A DNA stretch of 23,409 nucleotides from positions 1-23,409 of the forward strand of contig JAQGDQ010001849.1 in assembly GCA_030141605.1 (NCBI GenBank), written 5' to 3'. Under the pieces are notes generated by a model. The model worked only from the letters and a program-made list of their open reading frames with translations. It did not search any database and had not been told where the DNA came from. Source of the stretch: Tubiluchus corallicola. Its lineage: Eukaryota; Animalia; Priapulida. The position numbers and the translations under genes are program-made. Below, piece after piece: positions 1-11,272 of this stretch; the first letter of the stretch is position 1, and every line of letters starts with the position of its first letter.

Positions 1-217
1 GTAAATTACATACAGGTAATTTTACACAAATCACCTACAAATATTCACCACACCAAGTAAAATTATAAATTATTTGTTACTTATGTATAAATAAATGACA
101 ATACATTATTTATCAGTAGCTTTCATGTAATCATTCTAGCTTTTCCTACCTTAGCAGTATTGAACTACTTATGGTGGCTAGAAAACACCTGGGAGTGTCT
201 CCTGTTACTATTAGACT

Positions 218-2983
218 TCATGTACAATTTGTATCGCTGTTGACAATGACTCTGATTTTGTGTCGCTGTTGACAAGAATTCATATGAGTCTGATATTGAT
301 TCATATCTATATCTATATTCATATTATGCATCCCCACAAAACTTTTCAAACTACTGGGAAGACTCCTGTAATCAACATTATTAGCAGTTATGACTCTTGC
401 ACAACAACATTTCAGCTCGAGTTTACAAGCAAGATAAGAACTCTCCATTTCATTTATAATTTCTTTCCTGATTTTAGTTATGTTGCTAAGTGAACCAACA
501 TGGTGCATGAGTTCTTTCAGCATCTCATAGTTAGACATTCCATCATGTCCTTTAGCATCAAGGTGCAAGCAATGCTCCAGGAACAACTTGTAAATTTGCA
601 TCAACACAGAATTGCACAAACTCCAGTTACTCGTCGTGTACTGAAGGACTTCGTTAAAAAGAATGCTGAAAGCGGTTTTTCCGTCACTGGTAACTAAATT
701 GATATCGAGACCCGGTTGGTTTTTAAATAAAACTTTCAGCATGCCATACAGGTCTTGCAAATTCGGCATCTCGCTAATTAATACATTCATAACTGGACTG
801 TGTACAGTGCGCAGAGTTAAAACGTCAACAAAACGTGCCCCCTTATTGAGTAACAAGTTTAAAATATTGGCTTGTTGAAGCAGAGCTGCAAATATGCCTG
901 CTTTTTCTTCTATACTGCTCACTCCATGACGTGTATTTTCATCTCGGATTCTTTCACTGTTTTCTCTTAATTGACTTGGCAATTTTGTTTGTGTTTTATT
1001 TTCAGAACTGAAAAAACACTTTGCGTTACTGCTCTGGTCTTCATCCTGGTTAGCCATCAGAATTTTTACTTTAAAGTAAAAACTGACTGCAAAATCCAGC
1101 TGGGATTTCCCATTCACATTTGCAAGATTTGCTCCTGCCACTTTGTCAAAGAGCATCAACATTATTATCTTAAGTGAAAGGCAAAATGTTGAAAGCAAAG
1201 ACTTATGTTCAGCTTGGTGAAACCCTGCAGTGATAAAGAAACCATTTTCAGTTTTTATTTTTTGTGCTTTTGTTTCATAACTTTGAGCATCTTGTGAATA
1301 CATCAAATATTCGTCTTCTTTGCTTTCATCAAATACATCGACACCTTTATCGGTGAGTAACTTTGCTATTATGTCCTGAGTGCTTTGAAGAATCAAATAT
1401 GGTGAAGAATGCTTTTCATCATCTGCGTGTATAATAATTAATTGTGCCAACATTTCCAAATAGAAATCAACTGCTAACTCTGTTGGTGATAGAACTTCTG
1501 TGTTTCCGTGAATCCTACAGGTGTCTGTCTTAAATACTACAGATGCTGCTGTTTCAAGTGAATAACAAAGTTGGTGAAGAAGAGAGTGACTCTTATCAGC
1601 TACATCTTCAAATTTGTTATGTAATAATAGTTCTAGTATTGTCTTCAAAACTGCATAAACCGCAAAAAGCACATTTTTGTTTCTCTGGCCATTTAAAAAC
1701 AGTGCCATTAGGAGAAGAAAATTGAGAAATGCATATTTCACTGATCTTCCACACCCATCCGTATTATTAACATTCGCACTTTTGCTAATAAACAACTGTG
1801 TTATTGATTGTAACCTCAGAATATCATTGTTTTCATTCATAAGAGGTTTAGATCGTTCAATGAAATCTTGTAGTATATAATGTGATTGTTCTTGGATCTC
1901 ATGCAACAAATTTTTGAAATTTTCAGTTGCACCACTATCAATTAACAAGCTCACAATTTCTTCTTTGGACCAAAATATTGCAGAAGATAGTGGAGAATTC
2001 CCGTGTTTATCAACATGGTTTACATCGGCACCATGATTAATTAATAACCTCACAATCTCTTCACTGCGTTTTTTGAATGCCAGAGCTAGTGGAGAATCTC
2101 CAAATTTATCAACCTGGTTCACATTGGCACCATTATCAATTAAAAACTTCACAATCGCTTCGTTAGATTGCCTGACTGCCTTACCTAGTGGAGAACCCCC
2201 ATATTTATTAACCTGATTTACATTGGCGCCCTTGTCAATTAGTAACTTCACAATCTCTTCTTTAGACCAAAAGACTGCAGCAGACAGTGGAGAATTTCCA
2301 TATTTATTAACCTGATTTACATTGGCGCCCTTGTCAATTAGTAACTTCACAATCTCTTCTTTAGACCAAAAGACTGCAGCAGACAGTGGAGAATTTCCAT
2401 ATTTATTAACCTGGTTTACATTCGCACCACAATCAATTAATAACTTCACAATCATTTCAGACTTAAGTGAAGTGGCTAAACAAAGAGGAGTTCTTCCATA
2501 ACCATCAACCTGATTAATATCAGCACCTTCTTTGATTAACAATTTCAAAACACTTTGGTAAGATCGACGTGCAGCAAGATGTAATGGAGATTCATTGTAA
2601 ACTCTGTTGGAAGCCATATTGGCATTTACATCAGAGCCATTGTTTAACAATAATTCCACCATTGAGTGAACTGTTTTTTCATCTGTGTTTTCTGAACAGT
2701 CAAAGACAGCATGTATTGGTAACATTGACACGTTGACACATTGAGATGCAGTAATTTTGGTGCAAGCATTCACACATGAACCGTAAGACAGAAGAAGTGA
2801 AGCCAAGTTCAGATTCACATTTTCACAAGCGTAATGCAGAGGTGTGTATCCACGCTCATCAAGTGCATTAACGTCAGCACCTTTTTGAATAAGATCTTCA
2901 GCTAGTTTAATATCTCCATTTTCCTTACAATCACTGTGTAGCAAGGTATGATCGTCTAGTTCATGTTGTCGATTAAATGCCAT
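218..2983 (-). CDS. Ankyrin-repeat protein (921 aa) with C-terminal BC-box/SOCS-box-like motif, copy 1
   Basis: Uninterrupted ORF with about 10 N-terminal ankyrin repeats (GxTPLHxA...LLxxGADVN pattern), degenerate ankyrin-like units in the middle, and C-terminal LELKCCCARVI...LPSSLKSFVGMH. In-frame TGA four codons upstream of the ATG. Confidence 0.93.
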   Translation of the reverse strand: MAFNRQHELDDHTLLHSDCKENGDIKLAEDLIQKGADVNALDERGYTPLHYACENVNLNLASLLLSYGSCVNACTKITASQCVNVSMLPIHAVFDCSENTDEKTVHSMVELLLNNGSDVNANMASNRVYNESPLHLAARRSYQSVLKLLIKEGADINQVDGYGRTPLCLATSLKSEMIVKLLIDCGANVNQVNKYGNSPLSAAVFWSKEEIVKLLIDKGANVNQVNKYGNSPLSAAVFWSKEEIVKLLIDKGANVNQVNKYGGSPLGKAVRQSNEAIVKFLIDNGANVNQVDKFGDSPLALAFKKRSEEIVRLLINHGADVNHVDKHGNSPLSSAIFWSKEEIVSLLIDSGATENFKNLLHEIQEQSHYILQDFIERSKPLMNENNDILRLQSITQLFISKSANVNNTDGCGRSVKYAFLNFLLLMALFLNGQRNKNVLFAVYAVLKTILELLLHNKFEDVADKSHSLLHQLCYSLETAASVVFKTDTCRIHGNTEVLSPTELAVDFYLEMLAQLIIIHADDEKHSSPYLILQSTQDIIAKLLTDKGVDVFDESKEDEYLMYSQDAQSYETKAQKIKTENGFFITAGFHQAEHKSLLSTFCLSLKIIMLMLFDKVAGANLANVNGKSQLDFAVSFYFKVKILMANQDEDQSSNAKCFFSSENKTQTKLPSQLRENSERIRDENTRHGVSSIEEKAGIFAALLQQANILNLLLNKGARFVDVLTLRTVHSPVMNVLISEMPNLQDLYGMLKVLFKNQPGLDINLVTSDGKTAFSILFNEVLQYTTSNWSLCNSVLMQIYKLFLEHCLHLDAKGHDGMSNYEMLKELMHHVGSLSNITKIRKEIINEMESSYLACKLELKCCCARVITANNVDYRSLPSSLKSFVGMHNMNIDIDMNQYQTHMNSCQQRHKIRVIVNSDTNCT
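2199..2413 (-). repeat. Perfect 99-bp tandem duplication of one ankyrin repeat (copy 1)
   Basis: Mirror of 20997-21211. Confidence 0.92.
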
Positions 2984-3103
2984 CCTCTTGATTCAACAAA
3001 AGCTAATTATTGCATCGAATACTGGATTTTCTTGATCCTCTTTAGCACAGTGCCTAATGTTGGTGATCACGACAACTTTTATACTTTTGGCAATGCAGCA
3101 TCT

Positions 3104-3430
3104 CTATGCAAAAGGTAAACAACAAAAAATAAAATAAAATAAAAATATCTGCTAAATTTCTATTGTTTAGTTAGCAAGTAAAGTTAAACGTAAAAGAAGA
3201 AACATTCTTTCATGTTCAAGCTCTAAATATTTATAAAATCTCCTTTTTCTAGAAGCCAATCAATCTAAACACCAACTAAAGAATACTTTCATGGACAGTG
3301 GTCAATTTCTGAGTATTTTGCTTTCACTTTTGCATTTAATTGTTTAGCATTGCATTTATAATGCATATTTAGATAAATCAATAGCTCAAAGACGTAATGC
3401 AAAGTACGTATGTTACTGGAATTAACTCAC
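3104..3430 (-). other. Putative 5'-UTR intron of the ankyrin gene (copy 1)
   Basis: Mirror of 19980-20306. Confidence 0.6.
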
Positions 3431-4532
3431 CCTCCAGTCATTGTCTGAAGCTGCTACTTAGGAACTTATCATATTTCAAGTGAATCAGAAAATTGGACAA
3501 CGTATTAATAAATTCACTTTGCTGCCCGAGATTAAACATCAATATTCTCGTAAAGATGTAAATACTGCAGTGTAAATACCTCTTCTTTGCTTCAGATACT
3601 TTTAGACTTTAACTTATTTTAATTCAAGTTAATTTGTTACACAATGTAATGCAGAAACTATTAAAATTGCACAAAACACATAATCTGATACATAATGTGA
3701 GAATTAGATACGCGAAATAAGCAGAGGAACGTGAGGATTATTCAGAAAATTGCACGCTTATTCTATGTTAGACCTTTAAATAACTTTTTGTACCATCATC
3801 AAGTATCAAAGGTTATTTTTGACGTAACGTGTGCTAGTAATAAAGCGTGTCAGTAAGATGTATCATATCTACGTGCTGCAGTTGAGTGGAAAATTACTAG
3901 GTTGTGTAAATAAATGAAGTACAAAGAGTATTATAAGCAAAGTTTTGTGAACACGCCCGCTGAATGTTATACATATGATAGTTATTGGATTTTAAATAAG
4001 ATTTTATATATTATAGAAAACGAAAACATTAAGGTTTGGAAACTAAACAGATTTTCGATTATCTCAGGGTTCTAAATTTGTCCAATAAGTTATGCACTTT
4101 TGCAAATTATTTATGTCTGACATTCTGTCCCGTAAAATAAACCTTTTTGCCAGAACTAAACCTATTGTGACAACGTCAGACAGTATTTATATAATTTTCT
4201 GTTGGATTATTTATTAACGACGATGACGACGAAGATGATGATGATGCGAGGGTAAATTTACAACTTCACAGAGAAATTTCACAGAATTGATAAAGAGATA
4301 ATTAACTAATTTTTCTAACAAAAATTTAAAATTCATAAGAATTTGTGATAAATGAGAAACATTTTGAACGCAAAATAAAAAGAAACTGATTCATGAGAGA
4401 CGTACACTTTGACAATTTAATTGAAATACAACAGTGTCAGTTAAAAAAACTGTGATGAAAATAACTCAGAGTATATGTTTTTCCATAAGTAGAAGAACAA
4501 TAAAGAAACACCAAAAATTTCTTTATTTTTTC

Positions 4533-4722
4533 TCACAACTGGGTAAAAACTTTTACGTTAGATGATTTTGCAATCCATTGATGATAGGGGACAACCTTGG
4601 TGAAAATAGTTGGTCCCACACAAACAGGTATTTCCAAGCCAAAAAATGGATCTTTTCTGTACTTTACACTAGACGACATGACTCCAACTAGATGAAAGTT
4701 GTTCGTTTGAACCACACCACCA
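4533..4722 (-). pseudogene. Terminal exon of trypsin-fold (S1) serine protease or protease homolog (copy 1)
   Basis: Mirror of 18688-18877. Confidence 0.78.
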
Positions 4723-4990
4723 CTGAAATTCATTCAAAGTTTTGTTTATATATCCGTGTAAGAATGTCAAACACATTAAGATGTAGATGTAAAAGTAACG
4801 GGACAAGACTTAATTGTTTTATATTAAATAGTATGTACCAATTAGTCATACGCAACATTCTCTGTACACATTTAGTAATTAAGTTAATTGCCTTTCTATG
4901 TATTAAAAGGGCGTGGACGTGAAGATATAGCGTGCACACATTCGCTCGCACATACCTTCTTTTCGACATTAGAAGTGCAGGAATTTGCTA

Positions 4991-5440
4991 TTATATATAT
5001 ATATATATATATATAATTTGCGCGATTTTGTAGCTATTATATATATAATCTTTATTTGCCATTAAAATACATTGATAATCACTGATAAAAACTTTACAGA
5101 GATAATCAATCAGTGTTAGTTAATAAAAACTTACACTGCTAAAGGCAAATGCGTCAGTGCAATCTAAACTAGTGTGCAGTAATGACGAATAAAGTCAAAC
5201 ATATTTACAACTATGCACAAAAAAACGAAAACAAAACAAACTATGATTTAATTAATATGGCCGTGGGTATATGAATTCTGAATTGGTGTGTATATTGTCG
5301 TACTGGTGTGATGGTATTTCATATCTGGTTAATATTAGTGATTTTAATTTTGTTTGAAATGCTGATAGGGACTTGATTTGTTTAACCTGTAATGGTAGAG
5401 AATTCCAAAGTAAAATTGCTTGTTTGATTACAGAGTTATT
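4991..5440 (-). mobile_element. 5'-truncated non-LTR retrotransposon fragment, copy 1
   Basis: Mirror of 17970-18419. Confidence 0.75.
4992..5015. repeat. (TA)n microsatellite (mirror 18395-18418), probably the LINE tail
   Basis: About 12 TA units, same length in both arms. Confidence 0.9.
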
Positions 5441-6514
5441 ATTCTGCTACCGTCCCAGTTAAATTGCCCGTATCAATGACAGTGCTGACGCCTACCTGAA
5501 CATGTCACTAAACAAGTAAGTAACTATGCTAATAATTGACAACGGAGTAATCTTTTCATTTCTACACTTGTGAGTTTATCGTGGTTTTGTTGTCATTTTA
5601 TTGTGATTTTGTTGTCATTTTGTTGAGTCTTAATTTCATAAACAAAATAAAGTAAAAAAAAGCGAAACACGTGTTGTCTTAAGAAGACCTATATGCATTG
5701 GAAAGGATCGTGCAAATCCAACAACAAAAGTTACGTAACCAATATTTCAGCTCTGTAAACTTTGCTTTAAAGCAAAACCTGACCCAATCTTAATCTGTAA
5801 GTCAAGATGTGCTCTTCAATATATTGAAAGGAATCATACATGGAATATTTTAGCTGTTCAAAATTATGTTAGTTTGTGACATAATCAATAGCTAGGCTTG
5901 CTCGACGTTGATTAAGTTTTTAATCTATCATTTAATTATCAAGAACGCCTTTGCAGTGTTCATTGTGTTAAAATGAATACTTTTATCGGACTTTAAAATG
6001 ATGCAGTTTATGAAAAATCATCCTGTGTTTTCCTTTAAATACGGCATCATTGGACACAAGAAACAGACTATTCTTAAATTCCCGTATGCAGCACAGGTTT
6101 CGTGCAATATTATTACAGCGTTAATATTTAATATGGTGAAGTATAAGTTACTGATTATATTATGAATTTATTTTAGAATGTTAAATCATTCATTAGGAAA
6201 ATAAAATTGAAATCAATTAATGAATAATTGGCATTTGAACGAAGATTAATTCATTCAAGGAAAATGACTCACCCAGGTTATATATTGAATTTAATGTATG
6301 TATGATAACATTTTGGACAAATGATTAATTATTGAAATTAAAGTAACAAGCAAACTAAGATGTATCCACAGAATTTAAGAGGCGGTTGGCCTATATTGTT
6401 TCGGTAATTTATTTGAATGTTGTTATTGTTAAACCATCTTATTATAAATTTATCTAATCAATAAACCTGTATACCGTTGTCAATAGCATGTTCACTTTGA
6501 TTTGTGCAATCTAG

Positions 6515-6745
6515 TATTACTCACAACCTTGCATACTCGTAGAGACACCATCTGTCACTCGAATCTACCATAAAGCATAACCATATTGAAGCGGCTCATT
6601 GCGGAGCCCAGCTAGTAAACTTGGGAGATACAGATTTACTTCACAACGCTTATTTCGTGGTATGAGGTCACTCTGGTATTCATCATAGCCAGTCCGACCC
6701 AGCCGAAGCTCCCGTAGTTGGGCAATTAATTAATTAATATTAATT
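6515..6745 (+). mobile_element. Possible short interspersed repeat (SINE or LINE 3' end); mirror ~16665-16895
   Basis: Island visibly richer in GC than its flanks, with short hairpins (ggctc/gagcc; cccagc/gttggg), ending in an (AATT)n-like tail. Confidence 0.3.
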
Positions 6746-7311
6746 GTCTAATTAGCGATCGTACTAACATTTCATTTGTTGAGGCAACACTGCTACTTAA
6801 GAAAAACTAAAAATCAAATGTGTAGCTGATATATCCTACTTGCCAATGTAGTTCTGCTTATGAAACAGTTAGTCATTACTAAAATAACTACACTTTCTGC
6901 TGCTATGCCAGACATGATTTATTCACAGTATTCTCTGTTTTGTCAGCTTCTCAATGTAATTTGTCGACAGTCATGCAACAAACGAGATATAAATAAGTGT
7001 TAAATGATATTAACTAGGTAGTTCCTAAGTATTAAAATATTGTGGTCACCATTGTACAGCACCTGTCTAGGATTTCGCTGCCAAAAGGGAACAAAATATG
7101 TCAGTTGTCAAACTAGCTGTTTCAAAGCTACAATTGTCAAATTATGTTTTGAATAAATGTAAACCAAGCATTTATTAAAAATCATGTTTTACAATACATA
7201 TGGTATTATGAATTATGTTGTTCTTTGATACGTTTTGGCTGGAACAAAAATTGGCTTATATGACTACGCTTCAAAATCTTAAGTCACTAAATACTCTGCC
7301 TTTCTATTTGG

Positions 7312-7445
7312 TCAGTGAAGTATTGAAAGTCTTGCACGAATTGTTGAGAACAACATAATGGTACGGATCATTGTTGTGACATGAACTGAAGCTCTGTCAG
7401 AGTTAGATTCAGCGGCATCGAAACTTGCTCCTCTAAATCCATTCC
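7312..7445 (-). CDS. Putative terminal coding exon of the EGF gene (left arm)
   Basis: Mirror of 15965-16098. Confidence 0.6.
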
Positions 7446-8295
7446 CTGAAAAAAGAATACGTTAGAATATCAACAAAAATATCAGTTGAGGTTATAAACG
7501 ATCATTATATGTAGTATCAAAGTTTGAAGGTTTTTATTTATATTTTATTTAAATTATGATAGGAATGATAAAAAAAGAAAATGTTAATGCACGTTGTATA
7601 AATAAGTTATTAGACTCTTGTCACTTTTAGATCTCGCTAAAATAACTTTAAAATACTCTTATGCGTCAAGCTAGCATTTATGGGCTGATCACAGCACAAG
7701 TAGTTTTTTTGTAAAAAATAAGAACTTATCAAACAGTTGTGAAAACTGTTAACATGTTACATATTTTTGACTTCTTTAAATACTAAAACACGTGGGAAAA
7801 AAGAGCAATGTAGAAATTGAACATAATTAATTACTCTGTTTACTAACTTGATTTGCTAGAGAATGTTGGGCAACTATGGTTACTTTCAAAAAATGTATCA
7901 CAAGTTGTCAAGGTATCAAAAAAAGTTGTGATACTTTCAAGAGAACTTTCATTGAGACATCACAGAAAATCAAGTGGCATTTTACCTAAATTACAATTAT
8001 TTGTATTTGCATTTGCAGGCATCATTTGAGCCCAGACACATTTTAAACCATTTGTGCTTCTCACAGAAAACATTTGCAAACAGAAAACCTGTACAATGCT
8101 AAGATAATACTTGAAAGAAGACAATAAGCGTTTTGCACTTCTTAAGCACAGGTATTTAACAAAATACATACTTTCGTATCTAAAAAACAAGAAAATTGCC
8201 TTTTTTAGATAAATGACTTTTAAATAAAGAAAGATACTCAACCAGGAGTCGTAAAAGTTACAATATCACATAATGCATGCAGATTAATTGTTCAC

Positions 8296-8409
8296 CTTGT
8301 TCACAATAGTCTCCAGTATATCTTGGTGGACAATTACAAACAAACGTGTTTAACTCATTTTTGCATGAACCTCAATTCTCGCAAGGATTTGATAAGCAAT
8401 TGTCAACAA
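8296..8409 (-). pseudogene. EGF-like exon with premature stop (left arm)
   Basis: 114 bp; VDNCLSNPCEN*GSCKNELNTFVCNCPPRYTGDYCEQ. Confidence 0.88.
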
Positions 8410-9892
8410 CTGAAAAAAATGAACAGATGAAATTTACACCGAGAATAACTTTTATTTGTTAATGCGAGTAAGCAGAATTTGTGAACATGAGAATCATCTT
8501 TTTAGAGAAGAGATGCCAACACATCTGTTTTACCACTTGTCAAAAACAACAATAGCAAATTACAAAAAAAGGAACAGGAAAAACCAGCAATAAAAAAAGA
8601 TGCAGTTATCTATACTCATAGAGACGTGATAAAAAAGAGTATATAAAATTTAGTGACCACGACAGTCTATGGGCTACCTACACACTACAGGTGACAGTGG
8701 ATTACTAAAGTCCACTAATTGCTATTAATTCTATTTTGAACAACGAATTTGCTGCGAACTAAACTGGTTCACAGATAAGAAGAATTAATTAGGACGTGTA
8801 GTGAATGAGTCATGGCTGTCTGGGTTCGATGCTGTCTCTAGGGAGTTTCATTCATCATACTGTCTACCTTTTAGAGTGATGGTAATGATAGGAATGTTGC
8901 TTTAGTGGCTTACGTTTGAGAAATGTCTAGAGATCCAGATTCTGATTGCTTGAAATATTGAGTGGAGCTCTTGATTGTTGTATGCTAAAGTGTCTTATTC
9001 TTATAAAAAGAATATAATTTATAATCAGGATCTCATGCTCAATGATCGTAAGTCCGTTTTGGTCAATTTGAGAAGGCATTCCAGTTCGTGAGTGAGTCTT
9101 GTGTGTGTATAATACAGTGTGGCTCTCTTAGATAAAATATTTTGCAATTCTATACTATTATTATTAAATATTAGCTGAAATAGTGAAAAGCAGGAAATGG
9201 CAAAGGTTCTGGTACAGTTTCTAATTTTTTCATCGCATGCAACTGTCATATCACAGACTAAAAGCTGCAGAAACTAAAGAATTTAAAATTAAATAAGCAT
9301 TTAATTTAGAATTCTCAGTTAGAATTTAAGTTAGAACTCTCGCGCGGGAGTATATGTTTATTTGTGACTTGCTAGATTCATGCAATGGTCACAGAAGTGG
9401 GATATCATTGTTTTTGCTTCATGCTGTATCTTCTCCTACATTTTAAAGCCAGACCCACAATTTATTGAATAGTTAGGTTGTGTCAAAGCTTAGTGAATGG
9501 AAAAATGTGCATGGAGGAAAATTTTCTGCTTAAGAAAAACACGATTTCAAAGGCTACCAATCTTCGACAACAGTAATTTGCAGAGAACGTCATACATAAC
9601 TCCATCAACTGTCAATAGTCATTCGAACGCAGAAAGATTGCTTATTAATTCGTGCTTTTCAGGGAAAATATTTGCAAATGACAGACCTGTGCAATGCTAA
9701 GACAACAAATGTTTTGAAACATGAAAAAAGGCAATAAAGGTCTAGCACCTCCTCAAGACAAAGATTTGACAAATATTCTATGGAGTCTAAAAAAACAAAT
9801 AACCTCTTGTTTGTATTGGATAAAGCGGCGTGTGAATAAAGGACTGAATCAGCGGTCATAAAATTTACAATATCATAAATGCATACAGATAC

Positions 9893-10006
9893 CTTTCTCA
9901 CAATTGTCTCCAGTATAATTAGTTGGGCAAATGCAATCAGTCCAGTTTAGGTTACTCATACATAGCCCTCCATTTTTGCAAGGATTAGGTGAGCAACGGT
10001 TGACAA
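9893..10006 (-). CDS. EGF-like exon (left arm)
   Basis: 114 bp, phase 1-1; VNRCSPNPCKNGGLCMSNLNWTDCICPTNYTGDNCEK. Confidence 0.9.
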
Positions 10007-10489
10007 CTGGAAAAATTCGATTAGATGAAACTTACACAAAGAAAGACTTTTACAAGTTAGTGCAATTCAACAGTGTACGTGAACACAAGAATAGCGTTCA
10101 TCACAAAAACGAAAATCACGAATACCGAAAATTTTCTGCCTAGGAGACAAAAGTCAAAATTGTGAGACAGCAAATTCAAAGGCAACAATCTTGAGCAAGG
10201 GTAATTTCCAGAGTACATCATACACCACTCTGTCAACTGTCAGTTGAAGCTCGAAAGGTTTCTTTGTTGTAAGTGTTTCTCCGGGAAAATATTTGCAAAT
10301 GGCAGACATGTGCAATGTTAAGACAATACGTGTTTTGAAACATGAAAACGCAATAAACGTTTTGCACTTCTTCTGCACAAAGAATTGTATGAAAACTAGC
10401 TATCACTTTTTTTAATAAAGAACCGTACAAAAGGAAAGATACCCAATCGCCAGTCATAAACGTTACAACATCATATCATACATAGATAC

Positions 10490-10606
10490 CTTGTTCACAA
10501 TAGCCTCCAGTATATCCTGAGGGGCAAATGCAATCAGTAGTCCAGTTTAGCCCTCTCTTGCATAAACCTCCATTTTTGCAAGGATTAGGTGAGCAATTGT
10601 CAACAA
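10490..10606 (-). CDS. EGF-like exon (EGF gene, spacer)
   Basis: 117 bp, ttttctag|...G|GTATCT; VDNCSPNPCKNGGLCKRGLNWTTDCICPSGYTGGYCEQ. Confidence 0.9.
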
Positions 10607-10733
10607 CTAGAAAATATCAAACTTACATTGAGAATGACTTTTATGAATTAGTGTAATTCTTTAGTGCGAAAGAACAAAAGAATTGCATTTATCACAAAAA
10701 CCAATTTTTCGTTTGTATAAGTGCAAAATGATT

Positions 10734-11217
10734 TTAATCATGTAGATAATCAAAAATTTTTATGTTGTTCTGCCTCAGACCATTGATTATCATGTTCAGT
10801 ATTTTGTGCTCAGAGTAGTAATAACACAAATTAGTAAGAAAGTATAGTACCCAGTATATATATGACGAGAATAATTTTCAATGCCAAGAATTGTAATGAT
10901 TAATAAAAACACACACAGAAATGATCAACATTTTAGTCTTGAGTCAATAAACTACAATTGACTATCTTCATTTTACAGGTAAATGTTAAAATGTTAACAA
11001 AAACAAAACAGTTATAAACAAGATGCAGTTATTAATACTGGTAGAGATGTGATAAATACCTTGTGAACAGTTATGTCCTTCGTATCCTGCTTCACAAGTG
11101 CAGGTGTAATTATTGATACTCTGTGTGCACGAGCCGTGAATACAAGGATCTGACAAACATTCATCAATATCTAAAAATAATTCACACCTAAAGGCATCAA
11201 CCTTCTGGTAATATTTT
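10734..11217. repeat. Direct repeat copy A (cbEGF exon plus flanking intron)
   Basis: Shares ttaatcatgtagataatc, agtaataacacaaattagtaa, the exon and ctggtaatatttt with 12295-12833. Confidence 0.85.
11060..11170 (-). CDS. Calcium-binding EGF-like exon (EGF gene, spacer)
   Basis: 111 bp, phase 1-1; [37 protein letters not shown]; near-identical to 12676-12786. Confidence 0.9.
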
Positions 11218-11231
11218 GAAATCTTTTTAAA

Positions 11232-11272
11232 GCCTCCATTATTGCAAGGATCGTGTAAGCATTTGTCAACAA
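11232..11272 (-). pseudogene. EGF half-exon remnant
   Basis: VDKCLHDPCNNGG; acceptor reads ttccAT; upstream intron homologous to those before the exons at 10606 and 10006. Confidence 0.75.

Larger units (their letters stand above)
4956..5507 (-). pseudogene. Penultimate protease exon, interrupted by a LINE fragment (copy 1)
   Basis: Mirror of 17903-18454. Confidence 0.5.
1..10414. repeat. Left arm of giant inverted repeat (palindrome)
   Basis: Base i is complementary to base 23410-i (outer part) or 23414-i (inside ~8230), and the ORF track is mirrored. The match ends at a10414/t13000 (tatcacttttttta vs taaaaaaagtgata); 10415/12999 mismatch. Confidence 0.98.
9500..10700. repeat. ~600-bp tandem duplication of an EGF exon plus intron unit
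   Basis: Acceptors at 10006 and 10606; shared intron blocks such as gggaaaatatttgcaaatg and ttttgaaacatgaaaa. A further related unit lies at ~8060-8490. Confidence 0.8.

Noticed and set aside
260-1880. Short ORFs antisense to the ankyrin CDS, and their mirrors at 21530-23150
   Set aside because: Shadow frames of a long real ORF; no recognisable motifs.
4217-4250. (GAY)n run that could encode poly-Asp
   Set aside because: No acceptor or extended ORF; treated as a degenerate trinucleotide repeat.
8790-8860. GGTTCGATGC, like a Pol III B-box
   Set aside because: No convincing A-box or cloverleaf; at most a decayed SINE.
9025-10457. 60-90 aa ORFs in the EGF region and their mirrors
   Set aside because: They lie in introns or antisense to EGF exons, and recur only because of the palindrome and tandem units.
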